Origin: Chrysemys picta bellii | Taxonomy: Eukaryota | Assembly (NCBI RefSeq): GCF_011386835.1 | Contig: NC_088794.1 | Coordinates: 26,660,001 to 26,724,000 of the forward strand | DNA length: 64,000 bases | Direction: 5' to 3' | In this document: one piece after another, positions 62,501-64,000 of the stretch | Numbering within the stretch: the first letter of the stretch is position 1 | Layout: every line of letters starts with the position of its first letter | Position numbers and translations under genes: made by a program | Notes under the pieces: model-generated | What the model was told of the DNA's origin: nothing | Database searches by the model: none | The model's input: only the letters and a program-made list of their open reading frames with translations

Positions 62501-63707
62501 GGGCAGGGCTGGTGCGGGCAGGGGGTGTGGCAGGGGCTGGCTGCGGGCAGGGGGTGCGGGGCTGGCTGGAGACGGGCTGGCTGGAGGCAGGGCAGGGGGT
62601 GCGGGACTGGCTGGAGACGGGGCAGGGGGTGCGGGGCTGGCTAGAGATGGGCTGGTGTGGGCAGGGTAGGAGGTGCGGGGCTGGCTGGAGACAGGGCAGG
62701 GGATGTGGGGTTGGCTAGAGATGGGCTTGCTGCGGGCAGGGCAGGGGGTGCGGGGCTGGAGGCAGGGTAGGGGGTGCAGCAGGGGCTGGCTGCGGGCAGG
62801 GCAGGGGGTGTGGGGCTGGTGCAGGCAGGGGGTGCGGGTACAGCCCACCCTGTACGGTGAGTGCCCCCTCCTCCTCCCTCCCCCACTGGGGTAGCAGCAG
62901 CAGCAGCCGCCCGTGGCTTGGGGGCTATTTAAAGGGCCCGGGGCTCCCCTGCTTCCACTGCCCCAGCCCTGTATATAGCCAAGGGAGCCCTGGGGAAGCG
63001 GTGGGGCTCCAGTGGCTATTTAAAGGGCCAGGGCGGTAGAAGCAACGGGAGCCCTGGACTTTTTAAATAGCCCCCAGAGCTCTGCAGCCCTACCCCAGAG
63101 CTCCAGCAGTGGGGCTCTGGTGGGAATTTAAAGGGCCTGGGGCTCAAGCCCCTGCTGGGAGCCCTGGGTCCTTTAAATTGCCCCCTGGGGAAGCCGGGCC
63201 ACCCTGGTACCGGGGCTTGGGCGCGGGGCCCTTTTAGGCACGGGGCCCGATTCAGGGGAATTGGTTGAATTGGCCTAAAGCCGGCCCTGGGCCCCGAAGC
63301 AAGGGGATTTAACCCCTAACTTGCTGGCACCCTCTGAATAGGCCACTCCTGGAACGGGGCACACTCTAGCAGCTGGGATTGGATAGCAGGGCAGGGGAGA
63401 GCCAGGGCCAGCCTGCCCTGTGCTGGCAGTTGCCTACATCCCTGTCCCAGCGATGTGTTCGCCCCCTGCTGGTAGATCGCCAGAGCTGCACTGCGGCAGG
63501 CAGCATGCTGCAGGCCAAAGCCGGTGGTTCTGTCGATCTCCCCCCATCGGGGGATCTGTGCCAATCCCCTGGCTCCGGCCACACTCACCACAGCAAGATA
63601 GGTGCCGGAGGAGCTGCGAAAGCAGGCCTGCTTAGTGACATCGTTCAGCAGCAGCTGGAAAATCTCCGTGTTGCCGACGGACGTGGCATTGGCATAGATG
63701 TCAGCCC
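59506..63707 (-). CDS. Fascin-family actin-bundling protein, last four coding exons (beta-trefoil domains 3-4; 5'-partial)
   Basis: Exons 63589-63707, 61150-61306, 60292-60465 and 59506-59705 have AG/GT ends and consistent phases (1,0,1,1). Translation includes GADIYANATSVGNTEIFQLLLNDVTKQACFRSSSGTYL, RVTLRMADGRHMATRPNGQL, EEFLLLLVNRPLLILQSEAGFVG, LDGNRPAYD, KYWSL and VLKAPNSKYLVAEAGGRLWA, aligning by eye with FSCN1 residues ~278-493. AATAAA lies 18 nt after the stop. Confidence 0.88.
60541..60664. mobile_element. Short hAT-type MITE, same family as 32228-32351, opposite orientation
   Basis: TAGGGTGACCAGA ... TCTGGTCACCCTA; TSD CTACCAGC / CTACCGGC (7/8 match). Confidence 0.88.
61579..63289. 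mobile_element. ~1.7-kb hAT-type non-autonomous element in the fascin-like gene intron
   Basis: TIR CAGGGCCGGCTTTAGG ... CCTAAAGCCGGCCCTG, TSD GGCCCCGG / GGCCCCGA. Contains a segment (61756-61889) with ends of the TAGGGTTACCAT family. Confidence 0.8.
62070..62840. repeat. Degenerate G-rich minisatellite (GGGGCTGGCTG...CAGGGCAGGGGGTGC units)
   Basis: Directly visible ~28-30-bp imperfect tandem units inside the hAT element. Confidence 0.85.
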
Positions 63708-64000
63708 CTGTGGGCAGCAAGAGACACACAGTAAAAAGGCTGGCAGTGTGGTGCCAGCCTGGAAAGTCAATAACGCCCTCCCCCAGGGCCCAGAAGGGCC
63801 GGTATGTGTATCACTGCTGCCCTCTGCTGGCTGCAGCTGGACCTACTCCAGTCAACTTCCATCCACCACAGCAGATGGGGACACAGCCCTGTGAAGAGAT
63901 CCCAAGGGCTAACTGGGACCCTGTGGCTGCCCACATAATGCAGAGCCCCCTTGAAAATATGAATGGAGGGTAATTAACAATGGGATACCTGCCTGAGGCT

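Noticed and set aside
62171-62894. Gly/Ala/Trp-rich ORFs of 157-181 aa
   Set aside because: Translations of the G-rich minisatellite inside a transposon.

Overview
Vertebrate genomic DNA, most likely turtle (inferred from the repeat repertoire: CR1 3' ends with an (ATTCTATG)n tail, Penelope-like tails, many hAT/Harbinger-type MITEs). The window holds a gene cluster syntenic with human 11q12.2: DDB1 (minus strand, exons 1-23 of 27; 3' end outside the window), TKFC (plus, complete, 576 aa), CYB561A3 (minus, complete, 239 aa), TMEM138 (plus, 162 aa) and TMEM216 (plus, 141 aa). After TMEM216 come the last four coding exons of a divergent fascin-family gene (minus, 5' part outside the window), which has no counterpart at the human locus as I know it. 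Exon boundaries were read by hand from splice signals and frame continuity. Main observations: (1) the first exons of the non-paralogous ciliopathy genes TMEM138 and TMEM216 share a 23/25-nt identical X-box/YY1/ATG module with identical spacing to the splice donor, suggesting promoter/first-exon duplication; (2) a candidate extra fascin paralog; (3) two minimal hammerhead-ribozyme motifs in Penelope-like remnants; (4) a candidate poison exon in DDB1 intron 4; (5) a degenerate genomic copy of the DDB1 exon 14/intron 14 junction; (6) a possible uORF ending in a TGATG stop-start overlap at CYB561A3. About 1.17 kb is assembly gap, inside a GC-rich VNTR in TMEM216 intron 1. No database searches were possible; family names for repeats and comparisons with human proteins come from recall.
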